64,000 nt of DNA from Mobula hypostoma. Taxonomy: Eukaryota. The position numbers and the translations under genes are program-made. Below are positions 12,804 through 25,030 of the stretch, piece after piece (the stretch's first letter is position 1; each line of letters opens with the position of its first letter). The notes under the pieces were generated by a model, which searched no databases, was not told where the DNA came from, and saw nothing but the letters and a program-made list of their open reading frames with translations. Location of the stretch: the NCBI RefSeq assembly GCF_963921235.1, contig NC_086121.1, positions 23,312,001-23,376,000 of the forward strand, given 5' to 3'.

Positions 12804-14284
12804 CCGGTCAGGCAGCATCTACGGAACTGAATAAGCAGTCAATGTTTTGGGCCGACACCCTCCTTCAGGATTGGAAAGAAAGGGGGAAGATTCCAGAATA
12901 AAAAGGTGGAGGCACGGGAAGGACGACAAGCTGCTAGGAGATAGGTCAAACAAGCTAGGTAGGAAAGGTAAAGGGCTGGAGAAAGAATCTGATAGGAGAG
13001 GGGATGATGGGAGAAAGAGAAGAAGGTGAAGGTGATAGGTGAGAAGAGGTCAGAGTGGGAATAGAAGAAGAGAGAAAGGGGAGGGGGAAAGTTACTGGAA
13101 GGAGAAATTAATGTTCATGCCATCATACATAAAAGTTGCTGGTGAACGCAGCAGGCCAAGCAGCATCTATAGGAAGAGGTACAGTCAACGTTTTGGGCTG
13201 AGACCCTTCGTCAGGGCTAACTGAAAGAAGAGCTTGAAATTCCAGCATCTGCAGATTTCCTCGTGTTCATGCCATCAGGTTGGAGGCTACCTAGACAGAA
13301 TATCAGGTGTTGCTCCTCCACCCTGAGAGTGGCCTCATTGTGGCAGGAAAGGAGGCAATGGACCAACATGTCAAAAAGGGAATGGGGAGAGAAATTAAAA
13401 TGATTGCCCACCATTCCGTTTTTGGCAGATAGAGCAGAGTAGCTTGATAACGAAGTTCCCTTATTTATGTCAAGCCTCGTCAATATAGAGGAGGCTGCAC
13501 TGGGAGCACCAGATACCCAGTATTACCAAAACCAACAGTTTTGCAGGTGGTGTTGCCTTATGTGGAAGGACTGTTTGGGGCCCTGAATGAAGCTAAGGGA
13601 GGAGGTAAATGGGCAGGTGCAGCATTTCTGTCGCTTGCAGGGATATGTGCCAGGTGGGAGATTAGTGGGGAGGAATTAATGAAGAAGGGAATCATGGAAG
13701 GTGCAATCTCTGTGGAAAGTAGGTGGAGGGGGACAAAGATGTGTTTGGTGGTAGGATTCCACTGAAGGTGGCGGAGGTTGCGGTGAATGTGTTGGATGCG
13801 GAGGCTTAAGGGGCAGTAGGTAAGGACAAGAACTCTATCTCCGTTAAGATGGCGGGAAGATGGGGTGAGCGTGGATGTCCAGGAAATAGAGATGTGGGTG
13901 AGGGCAGCCATCAATGGTGGAGGAAAAGAAACCCCATTCTTTAAAAAAGGAGGCTCTGATGTCCTGGGAAGGAAAGTCTCATACTGGGAACAGATGCAGC
14001 AAAGACAAAGGAACTCTGAAACTCCCTCTCCTCTCAGGTTCCTTCTTCTCAAGTCCTTTACCTTTCCCACTCACCTGGCTTGACTTATTACCTTCTAACT
14101 AGTCCTCCTTCCCCACTTTAGTCTGGTATCTCCTCCCTTCCTTTCTAATGCTGAAGATGGGAGTTGACCCGAAACGCGACTGTTTATTCATTTCCATGGC
14201 TGCTGCCTGACCCTGGTGAGTTCCTCCAGCATTGTGTGAGTGTTGCTCTGGATTTCCAGTGTCTGCAGAATCTCTTGTGTTTCA
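12804..14284. mobile_element. Inverted composite PLE: minus-strand pLTR plus EN/thumb region, flipping near 14030 to a + strand pLTR
   Basis: EN remnants (VANHFN...EATLRVEEQHLIFCLGSLQPDGMN-like) and thumb remnants. Flanking direct repeat gttttcaa at 12796-12803 and 14285-14292. Confidence 0.85.
13126..13263. mobile_element. Younger mini-PLE nested in the older PLE
   Basis: 14-bp TSD tgttcatgccatca at 13112-13125 and 13264-13277. Confidence 0.85.
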
Positions 14285-15281
14285 GTTTTCAATGTTTTCT
14301 TTAAAAATACCAGATCCTAGCAAGTAGCAAAAGGAGGAGGCAGGACGCTGTGGAACCTGGAGCAAAATGATAAATTGCTGGATAAACTCAGTGTGTCAGA
14401 CAGCAGTTGTGTGAAAAGAGGGGACAGTCATCGCTCATGGTCGAGAGTCTTCAGCTAGGATGTAGATTGTCCATTTCCTTCTACAGTGCTGCCTTCTGCA
14501 TCACTGAATTCCTCCAGCAGTTGGTTTTATGCTTCGCAAGCAGTGCTGAGCTTCAAGTGCCCAGGGGTGATAGCAATACACTGAGATAATAGAGCCACAC
14601 TGTCTGTGTCCTGTTAATCAGCCTGCTTGTTGTTTGGGGCATTGATACCTGCTGGCCCATTCTCTCTCCCGTGTTATCCCTGACCTTGCGGATCTCACGG
14701 TACTTTCCATTTCTGCCTCTCTCCTTTTACTTTCCAACTAAAGTCTGCACCCTGCTTTAAACAAAGTACTTTCCACATTTGCATCTGTTGTGTGTCACTT
14801 CATTCAGACAAGAGGCACTTGCCTAGCCAAATGCTTAGGATACTGAGCCAAAAATTATTGGAAGACTCAAAGTTCGAATCCTCATACGATTTTCTGAGTT
14901 AGTACACGTCAACTGGCCCGGTGATGTGTATCAGAAGATTCTGTATTGAACTTCATGTCAAAGACCTCAGTAAGTCATGCAGCCTGACGGGTGGTTCACT
15001 GTGGTACTGAAGGATGCCTCACTGCTGCAAGTCCCTTTTTCCATATCAGAGCGCAAATCAAGATGCAATAACCGCACTGCTTTGAAGAAAAGCAGAGAGA
15101 TTTCCTGGTATACTGATCAACGTTTATTCCTCAAAGAACTTCACTCTAGCAGATTGTACAGACATTGCCTGGGAGATCTTGCTGCGTGCAAATAACCTGC
15201 CGTGTAGTGGCTACAATTCAGGTTGCTTCACTTGTAAAGTGAGCCCGAGACAACCTGAAGGCAGAGTACAAATCCATGTTA

Positions 15282-15955
15282 AAGCAACACTCACAACACG
15301 CTGGAGGAACTCAGCAGGTCAGGCAGCATCTGTGGAAATGATCAGTCAACGTTTCAGGCTGGAACCCTTCGTCAGGACTGTAGAGGGAAGGGGCAGAGGC
15401 CCTATAAAGAAGGTGGGGGGAGGGTGGGAAGGAGAAGGCTGGAGGTTCCAGGTGAAAAACAAGTAAGGGAAAAGATAAAGGGGTGGGGGATAGGCAGGAA
15501 ACGTGAAGAAGGAATAGGGAAAAACACAATGGGTAGTAGAAGGAGACGGAACTATGAGGGAGGTGATAGGCAGCGGGGGAGGGGGCAGAGTGAAATAGGG
15601 ATAGGGGAAGGGAGGGGGAGTGAATTACCGGAAGTTGGAGAATTCAATGTTCATACCAAGGGGCTGGAGACTACCTAGACAGTTATGAGGTGTTGCTCCT
15701 CCAACTTGAGCTTAGCCTCATCATGGCAGTAGAGGAGGCCATGTATGGACATATCCGAATGGGAGTGTGAAGCAGAGTTGAAGTGGGTGGCAACCGGGAG
15801 ATCCTGTTTGTTGTGGTGGATGGAGCGGAGGTGCTCGATGAAGCGGTCCCCCAATCTGCGTCAGGTTTCACCGATGTAGAGGAGGCCGCACCGGGAGCAC
15901 CGGATGCAATAGATGACCCTAACAGACTCACAAGTGAAGTGTTGCCTCACCTGGA
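15282..15955 (-). mobile_element. 5'-truncated PLE (GIY-YIG endonuclease end plus pLTR)
   Basis: Homologous to 60145-60865. 12-bp TSD aaatccatgtta at 15270-15281 and 15956-15967. Confidence 0.88.
15343..15380 (-). ncRNA. Minimal type I hammerhead ribozyme, intact core (GUU triplet)
   Basis: Minus strand reads cagtc-CTGACGA-agg gttccag cct-GAAA-c-GTT^gactg with a perfect 5-bp stem I. Confidence 0.75.
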
Positions 15956-17236
15956 AAATCCATGTTATTGTTGTTGAGAAAGAAGCAATTGCACACACAG
16001 GTACTGGGTAGTGCAGGCTTCAGCTTCAGACGTGCCTTGAATAACTGTTTCGCCATCCAGAACTAAAGTAAGATTAAAACAGGAAAAGAGGCCATTTGGC
16101 CCGTTGAATCTCTAATAGCCCTGGTGAGTGATCCAGGTGCTCCCATAGCCCTGCAAAATCTTTCCTTTCAAGTATTTCTCCAGCCCCCTGTTGAATGCAC
16201 AATTGAACCTCCCTCACTCCTACCTCTAGCAATGTCTTTGCTGGCCTTAACCCCTTGTTGTGTAAAATTATGGATCTCTGGCTTCTGTTCCCAAGATTCT
16301 GTACACAACGGAGTCAAAAGAAGTTGACAGTGGGGAAAATCGACATTAAAAAGAACCTTAATGTTTACCCAACAACCAGCACCATCCATTCCACAAATAC
16401 AATAGCCTCTCAAAACCCTCCTCCCCTCCCCCCCCACCACACACACCTCTTTTCAGAGATTAAGGAAGCATGCAAGCACATTTTTTAAACCAGGAAGCAC
16501 TGCCAGTTTATCAATATATAAAGAAAAACATTTTTCTTCATGTATCCAGCAGATAAGTAGCTCTGTGTTTGTGAGATGCAAGTATATTTGATACTAATTA
16601 CAATAATAGTAGATTCTTTACTGGACAAGGTTTCATATTAGCGTTTTCCTACAGAAAACTCAATAATGAATCTTGTAGCTCCATCTTGTGTTTCATTAAG
16701 GCTTAGCTCCTGTGTGCTGCTTTTTACCCCTATTATTAAAAAAAATAGATTGAAAACGCAGTATTGAAAAAGCCTAAATGGTGTGTCAATAAATTCAACA
16801 CAGCAAATTCAATAACTTGTTCTCATTACTTATAACATAATGTATTTGAAAGTTACCATGCTAAAGCACTGTGGAACAGTAACAGAATACTTAGATGTGG
16901 TATTATATTGCTGGGATAAATGAGCACAAACTAAAAATATTCTAGTAAAATTGCACATTGCATTGCTCATCACTGGGCAATAATTATTCAAAAGGATGTG
17001 AGTGAAATGTTCAGTTTCCAAATATTGTTTAGAAAAGATCCTCAAAACCTATTATAGGAAGGCCATTATGATTTTGAGAAAAGATTGGGGCTATGGAGAG
17101 TTTGTGCTTAAGTGAGGAAATTTTTAATATAATATGGAAAGATGTATACAAGATAAGTTTTAAACAAGCTTGCAAACAGCTAAGCCTTATTTGGTTAAAA
17201 CTGGTGAAAAGAATGTTTAGGGCAAATATCAGGAAG

Positions 17237-17480
17237 AAACACACATGAAAGTCTGGAGGAACTCAGCAAGTCAGGGAGCACCTATGGAAAAGAGTGAACA
17301 GTTGATGTTTTGGACGAGACCCTTCTTTAGGACTGAGATGGAAGGGGTGAGATGTCACCCAGCTTCCCAAAGTATCAGCTGTTCGCTCTTTTCATAGATG
17401 CTGCCTGACCTGCTGTGTTCCTCCAGCATCTTGTGTGCATTGCTTTGGATTTCCCGCATCTGCAGATTTTTTTGTGTTTG
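17237..17480. mobile_element. Fold-back mini-PLE
   Basis: Two inverted pLTR ends. 13-bp TSD aaatatcaggaag at 17224-17236 and 17481-17493. Confidence 0.85.
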
Positions 17481-20400
17481 AAATATCAGGAAGCATTGTC
17501 TTTATGCAAACAATTTAACTCCTAGTACAAAACAAACCCAGAATCTTTAAAATACAATAAATGGACATAAAAGGTTTGCGACTTTTTTATTCTGATAGAT
17601 GAGCCAAAATGGTTTCTTAATCTATACCCAAGCCTGTGATTTCACTTAACATGATGAATAAAATTTCCCATTATCCATAGGGATTGCTTTTCATTATTTC
17701 AAGAGGATTTTTAAAAATGTAGGCAAGTCATTACTGCCAATTCACCTGTGGCATTTACATTGAGTGTGCAGGAATCAATTTGTGCACCATCTGGGATTAT
17801 ACCACTTAATTACTAGCAAGTAGTAAACTAAAATTCTGCTCCAAAGTTCCACATTAATGCACACATCTCACCTATTTGAACACTGCAGTGAATGTGTATC
17901 AGAGGTCAGCTAAAACACCTGTGTAGCTCATTAGTATGATAAGAACAGATGAACTTAAACCCACACATTTTGACACTGCCTTTTTATAATACCAGCATTC
18001 ATGCATGCACTTATAAGGTGAATTTAATAATATCCAGTTGTTTATGAAACATACTTTGATCTTAATTGTTCCCCTGTTTCTAAGCAATTTCATGCATCAG
18101 TCTCCATAATGGAGATAAGTCTTTTGGTTTGTGAAACAATGAAGAACATCCATGTTCTCAGTTCCTCAGTTAGATAATGCTTCAAAACTGAGGATGACTT
18201 GCTTTGGCTGCTTTTCCCCTGCAGAATCTGCAAACTATGCCACAGATAGGCAAACGGTGCTTGACAGGGTGGGTGAAGAGGCAGTTTGGGGTGTTCCACC
18301 AGATACCAGCACCTAACCTCCTTCGTGTCTGATGTAGAAGCTCTAGGTGCTTTGTGGAAATATATCTGTAACCCTGAAGTCTTTATGAATTTGTAAAATG
18401 TAATGGGACAAAATGGAACCTGTGAGATCCCAGATTGCTTGGCTAGTTTGCTGGTTTGGATGGAGGCTTATAGGAAGATGTGTGTGTTTTATGGCAGGGG
18501 GAATGTTTTGACAACAGAGAAAAACAGGACACATCCTCTAAGGACAAATTGACTGAATTGGAGAACAAATATCAGGAACTAAAGATGGATGCAGATAACG
18601 GAGGAAGGTTATGGATTGGAACAATTTCTGTTCTCTGTAAAAGGTGTAAGAGTGGTTTGTTTGACCTATAAGATTGAAGCTATTCTCCAACAATAGCTTG
18701 AGGAGGTAGCTTCCCTTGCAAGTAAGTAATAAATGTGCCTATAATTTGATCCACTCTGAATTTGTTGTAGTTTTTTAACTGTCTGTTAGAAGACCGAGCT
18801 GAACAGTACCTGACAACTTCTTCATGCTATCCTGGACATTCCTTCTTCATTGTGAAGAGTCATGGACTGGGAATTCCCACAAGTCAGAGGGGATTTGTCA
18901 AAGAATGACAGAATTTTGGTTATTACGGGAGTCAAGAAATATGGAGGTATTTGCAAAAAAGTGATGCTGCAGCCGTGGTAGATACAGAATGGTGGAGATT
19001 GGGTGTTGGTTTAGATGACCTACTTCTGTTTCTAACATTCTTATGACAATGTCCTTGAAGTATTTTATCTCTCTAGCTGGAGATATCTTGCCTTGCATGT
19101 AATAGCAGTATAGTATCAGCCATGCAGATGACATCCCCACTCCCCCTCAAGCTGGCTCTATAAGCTCATCATTTGCACCACCCCCTGCCACCATCTGGTT
19201 CTTCTATCACCTCTCCCTCTCACTCCTATATACAGGTGGCTCCCATGTTACAGAGGTTATGAAGTTCACCTTTATAGATTTCAGAAATCAACTCACTACC
19301 CAAACAAAAACTGAGATAAGGAATAAACCTCACTTCCACAGAATTTGTATGGGGGGAGAAAGTAAATAAATCAACACCACCGCATTCCTAGATGAATGCA
19401 TATAGATTAGATTATGAAGACACGTAATCCTCTTTTATTGTCATTTAGTAATGCATGCATTAAGAAATGATACATTACTTCCTCCGGTGTGATATCACAA
19501 AACACAGGACAAACCAAGACTGAAAAAACTGACAAAACCACATAATTATACATATAGTTACAAACAGTGTAACAATACCATAACTTGATGAAGAAAGTCC
19601 GTGAGCACAGTAAAGTTCAAAGTTTCTCAAATGTCCCACATCTCACGCAGACGGGAGAGGGAAGAAAAACTCTTCCTGCCACGCCCAACCACAATCCGAC
19701 TCTGAGTCATCCGAAAACTTCGAGCTCTGATCAGCTCTCCGACACCGAGTACTGAGCGCCATCTCTGTCCGAGCGATTCGACCTCTTTCTCGGTCGCCAA
19801 AAGCAGGCAAGGCCGGGGATTTTGAAGCCTACCCTCCCAAAGATTCCTGACCACATATGACACAGCTTCACGTTATAGAAAATTGTGTTATGGATTGTCT
19901 TCTAGGGACACAACATTCCCAAAATAGGGGGGGGGTGATGAAACTTGTCCGCTCTTCCCATTGCACGCTCAGCCCTGATGTAGGGGTCTCAAACTAAAAT
20001 GCCAACTGGCACTTTGCTTCCACAGATGCTGCTTGACCCACTGATTTCTTCCAGCAGGTCAGGCACGTGTAGGTTCACAGCCGGGGCCAGAGTCTTGTAT
20101 ATTTCCCACTCCTAAACTCATTGAATTCATAGGAAAATATATAATACCACTATACAACATGTACAAAGGTTTGTAGAAACACATGATATAAAAGTGTGCT
20201 TGGGAATTAATAATCCAGGAATTCTAAGAACCTAGCACTAATTCCCAAGGATGCCAATTATTGGTGTTTTGCTCATCATGGTTTTCTTCACAGTGAGAAC
20301 TCCTCCGTAACAGGGAGAAGGCAAGGGATTGGGGCTGAGTGGGCAAAAGGATCAGTCGTGATCAATTAATGGAGCAGACTCGATGGGGCCAAATGGCCTA

Positions 20401-20644
20401 ATTCTGCTCCTATATTTTTTGGTCTCATGGTAACTTGGGAGATAATAGCAAGTAGAAATAAGACACAGGCAGCAATCCAACTTCCTGAAACTGATCCATG
20501 AAATCAGACCTTTGGTCACCAATGTTACACACATATCCCTTTGCCAAGAACATGTAAACATCTTTGTCAAGTACGCGTATATTCAAGCCTATGCTCACTC
20601 ATCAACTTAAAAGGAGAAAGGTAAACGTTAATAACCTACACTTA

Positions 20645-20809
20645 CAAACAACAGGAATTCTGCAGATGCTGGAAATTCAAGCAACACACATAAAAGTTGC
20701 TGGTGAACGCAGCAGGCCAGGCAGCATCTCTAGGCCGAGGCCTGAAATGTCGACTGCACTTTTTCCTAGAGATGCTGCCTGGCCTGCTGCGTTCACCAGC
20801 AACTTTTAT
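20645..20809. mobile_element. Fold-back mini-PLE
   Basis: Inverted arms. 14-bp TSD ataacctacactta at 20631-20644 and 20810-20823. Confidence 0.88.
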
Positions 20810-21175
20810 ATAACCTACACTTATTGAGCATCTTTCATCTACTAAGGCAAACCCCTAATTACCAAAAGTCTTCTTAGACATGGAGAATGTTTAGGAAGGA
20901 ATTCAACATGTATATCAAATAAGTAAGTTTAAGGAGAATTTAAAAGGAAGAAAGAACATTGAAAAGGTGGAAAGATTCAGACAGAAAGAGAACTTATGGT
21001 CATAGTAAAAGAAAGCACAGCACCAGTGATAGAACAATTAAACCCTGTGGTGCATATAAGATCAGAACTGGTAGGATGATATGATGTAGGAGGATTACAA
21101 GATGATATTATTACTAGTTGTTGTAGGTCAGTGAGAAAGCAATAGATGAATGGGATGGTGTTAGATACGAAAACT

Positions 21176-21435
21176 GGCACGGTAGCATAATGGTTAGCAC
21201 AATGTGACCTGGGCTCAATTACCGCTGCTGCCAATAAGGAGTTTGTACATTCCCCCCGTAACCTCATGAGTTTCCTCCGGGTGCTCCGGTTTCCACCCAC
21301 AGTCCAAAGATGTACCAACTGATAGGTTAATTGGTCATTGTAAATTGTCCCGTGATCAGGATTGAGGGATTGCTGGGCAGCGCGGGTCAAAGGATCAGAA
21401 GGGCCTACTCTGTGCCGTATCTCAATAAATAAATG
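21176..21435 (+). mobile_element. V-SINE-like element
   Basis: tRNA-like head, the shared central block and an (aataa)n tail. Confidence 0.7.
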
Positions 21436-21559
21436 AATAATGTGTGTTCTGCCCCTTTCTCCAAGTCATAAATATCAAGAGTAAATAATTGAGATGTAGG
21501 GACTATTCCTTGGGTTACTCCACTAGTTATATCTTAGTAGCTGGAAAGTGACTCATTTA

Positions 21560-22240
21560 GAAACATAGCAACATAGAAAATCTACAAAGCCCTTCAGCCC
21601 CCAATATTGTGCCAACCATGTAACCTACTCTAGAATCTACCTAGAATTCCCCTATTTTTTCTAAGCTCTTAAAAGACCCTATTGTATCCGCCTCTACCAC
21701 CTTTGCTGGCAGTGCATTCCACACACCCACCACTCTCTATGAAAAATTTAACTCTGACATCCCTTTGATACCTATTTCCAAGCACTCTAAAACTATGCCC
21801 CTCGTGTTAGCCATTTCAGCCCTGGGGAAAAGCCTCTGGCTATCCACACAACCAATGCCTCTCATCATCTATCAGGTCACCTCTCATCCTCCTTCGCTCC
21901 AAGGAGAAAAGGCCAAGATCACTCAACTTTTTGTCATAAGGTAAGCTCTCCAATCCAGGCAACATCCTTGTAAATCTCCTCTGCCCTCGCTATAGTATCC
22001 ACATCCTTCCTGTAATGAGGTGCCAGAACTGAACACAGTACTCCAAGGGGGGTCTAACCAAGGTCGTATATAGCTATAACATTACCTCACGGCTCTTGAA
22101 CTCAGTCCCATGGTTGATGAAGGCCAATACACCATACACCATAACAACACTGTCAACCTGCTCAGCAGCTTTGAGTGTCCTATGGACACAGGCCCCAAGA
22201 TCTCGCTGATCCTCCACACTGCCCAGAGTCTTACCATTTA
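21560..22240 (-). mobile_element. CR1 LINE 3' fragment
   Basis: Diverged homolog of 165-1170. Confidence 0.8.
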
Positions 22241-22574
22241 ATCTAAAATTCAATTATCTATTTGATAATCAGTCTTCAATCCACACTTCCCCTAATACTG
22301 TGAGTTCTTACATGGTGCCATAAATATTGCTGGATTATTCATGCAGAAATTTGCTGACTTGGAGGGAGTTAAATTTTCAAGCGTTTCAATCCCAATCCTT
22401 GGGTGAGCACCAAATGAGAATTAGATTACATATTCAGGCAATATAAAAGGACAAATTGAAACAGGAAGGCAATAAAATGTGGAGAAGATTGCAATAAGAA
22501 TGGAAAAGAGGCAGGATCATATTAGTTTGGAATAATTTGAGAATGTCAGGGGCAGAATTGAGTGTAGTTGCTAT

Positions 22575-23510
22575 TACCAAGAAGGTGCTTGGGAAGATGA
22601 AAGGTTTGAAGGTAGATGGGCTACACCCAGGGTTCCAAAAGAGGTAGCTGAAGAGATTGCGGAGGCACTAGAAATGACCTTTCAAGAATCACTAGATTCT
22701 AGAATGGTTCCAGGGGATTGGAAAATTGAAAATATACTTTCCACTCTTTATGATGGGAGGAAGGAAGAAGAAAGGAAATTATAGGCTAGTTAGCCTGACT
22801 TCAGTGGTTGTGAAGATGTTGGAGTCCATTATCAAGGATAAGGTTTCAGGGTACTTTGAGGTACATGATAGATTAGGCAAAAATCTTGCCTGACAAATCT
22901 GTTGTTCTTTAAGGAAATAACAGGCAGGATAGACAACGGAGAGTCAGTGGATGTTGTTTACTTGGATTTTCAGAAGGCCTTTGGCAAGATGCTGCATATG
23001 AAGCCACTTAACAAGTTAAGAGTGCATGGTATTACAAGAAAGATACTATTATGTATCAACACACACAAAAAATGCTGGTGAACGCAGCAGGCCAGGCAGC
23101 ATCTATAGGAAGAGGTACAGTCGACGTCCAGGTGTTCACCAGCATTTTTTGTGTGTGTTACTTGAATTTCCAGCATCTGCAGATTTCCTCCTGTTTACTA
23201 TTATGTATCGAAGATTGGCTGACTGGCAGAAGGCAAAACATCTTTGAGTCCAGGAACAGAGGGCAAAACCTCAGAATAAAGGGTTATCTATTTAGAACAG
23301 AGAAGAAAATTCCTTAGCCAGGTGGTGAATCTGTGGAAGCCAAGTCATTGGGTATATTTAACACAGAAGTTGATAGGTTCTTTGTTAGTCAGGGCATCAA
23401 AGGGGAGAAGGTAGGAGAATGAGGTTGAGAGGTATAATAAATCAGCCATGATGGAATGGCCGAGCAGACTTGATGGGCCAAGTGGCCTAATTCTGCTATG
23501 ACTTATGGTC
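22575..23510 (+). mobile_element. Degenerate CR1 ORF2 fragments and 3' tail
   Basis: GNYRLVSLTSVVVKMLESII and VDVVYLDFQKAF motifs. Confidence 0.75.
23058..23195. mobile_element. Fold-back mini-PLE nested in CR1
   Basis: 14-bp TSD tactattatgtatc at 23044-23057 and 23196-23209. Confidence 0.88.
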
Positions 23511-23989
23511 TTATTACTGGAATAGAAATTCAGATGTAGATATAAGATGGACTGTGATTCAGACAAAATAGTTGTGATGAGACGACATGGACTATATGGA
23601 GGATAACTAGAACAGAAAGAGGGTCTAGGCCTAAAATGTCGACTGTTTACTCTTTTCTATAGGTGCTACCTGGTTTGCTGAATTCCTCCAGCATTTTGAG
23701 TGTGTTGCTTTGGATGTCCAGCATCCGCAGATTTTCTCGCCTTTGTGATAGAAAGAGTTATGTCGGGATAGAATGAACTACGAATAGGATCAGCATTGAC
23801 TTGAATGGAATAGATTCCAATTGGACCAGGTTGTTATTGGGAGAGACAGAGTGATTATGATTAGGGCAGATTGGAATTGGAGCAGGTTATGACATGGAGA
23901 GTGGCTAAGATTGCTCAGCACTAGATTGGATAAGGAAAGTCAGGTTGGGGTAGGTTGAGCAGAGATGGGGGGTATTATGATTGGGACAG

Positions 23990-25030
23990 GCTAGGTTTGG
24001 AGCAGGTTAAGCCCGCGATTCGACGGCGGAGGCTGAGCCTGGTCTCGGCAGGACACACTCAGGAATTCGGGCCTCAGGGCTGATGACCTGCGCGCCCTGC
24101 TGCCTGCCCAAGCGCTGCCGACCGGGCTAAGGGCGGGCCTTGCTGCCAGATCGGGGCTCCGCTGCTTCCCTTGTGGGATCCAACAGCTCGCCGGCTGCCT
24201 GCCGCTTCTCTCTCTCTCTCTCTCGCCGAAGGCCGGGCGTGACGGTGAACCGCCAGGGGCTCGGCACTCGACACACGGCACCCACTCTTCGGCGCGCCTC
24301 AGTCCGGGAGAACACACGCCCCCTAATCGCTTCTCTAAACGGTAATTTGAAAAAAAAAGAATCGACGAAAGAGGGAGGAGCCTGCCGGTCAGAGGTGGCC
24401 GAGTGACGGTGACCTTTGACGGGCAGCACCTGCACGCAAGCCCGAGGTTTCGGACTTAGCTGTAGGCCTCAGTCGCCGATTTGGAAAAAATAAACTTAGT
24501 AGCATTTCTTGCGGCGTCAAAAGATTGTCATAATATGGGGTGCTGTCCGGTTTCTCTTTATAACATTGCGTCAGTCGTGTAAGTTACGCTGACCAACCAC
24601 CTGCTCCCAATAAATAACATTATTTTCTCCTTTTTTTTTCCAGATTAATTCCTACCTCCCCCACTTGGAGGTGAAAAGAGGTGAGGGCATAGATTCCGCC
24701 GTCCTATTTCGTTCCATGCGTTTTACCTCCCTCAGCTTTGGTCAGTCGCCATGGTGACACTCGGCCTTTTGTTCCTCTAATACCGGCCCAAGCCCCCCAG
24801 AGCAGCGACCGGGTTTGGTGACCATGTCTAAAAAGCAAGTGGTTAAAACGAGGACTAATAGGAAACTGGACTTGGAGCGGAAAAGGGACGAGAAGGCGGC
24901 GAGGCGAGCCTTGGCGAAGGAGAGGAAGAACAGGAGCCAGGGTGGGACGGAGGATGAGGAGTTTGTCAGCTTTGCCAACCAGCTGCTAGCCATGGGACTC
25001 AAACTCCGGGAGGTGCCCGGTGATGGGTAA
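23990..25030. promoter_or_regulatory. CpG island / OTUD3 promoter region
   Basis: Sharp rise in GC and CpG content against a CpG-depleted background, immediately upstream of and covering OTUD3 coding exon 1. Confidence 0.8.
24824..25026 (+). CDS. OTUD3: OTUD3 coding exon 1
   Basis: ATG in accATGt context; MSKKQ...LREVPGDG; donor GG|gtaagg. Confidence 0.93.

Noticed and set aside
23991-24435. Several overlapping ORFs upstream of OTUD3
   Set aside because: Expected in a stop-poor CpG island; low-complexity products.
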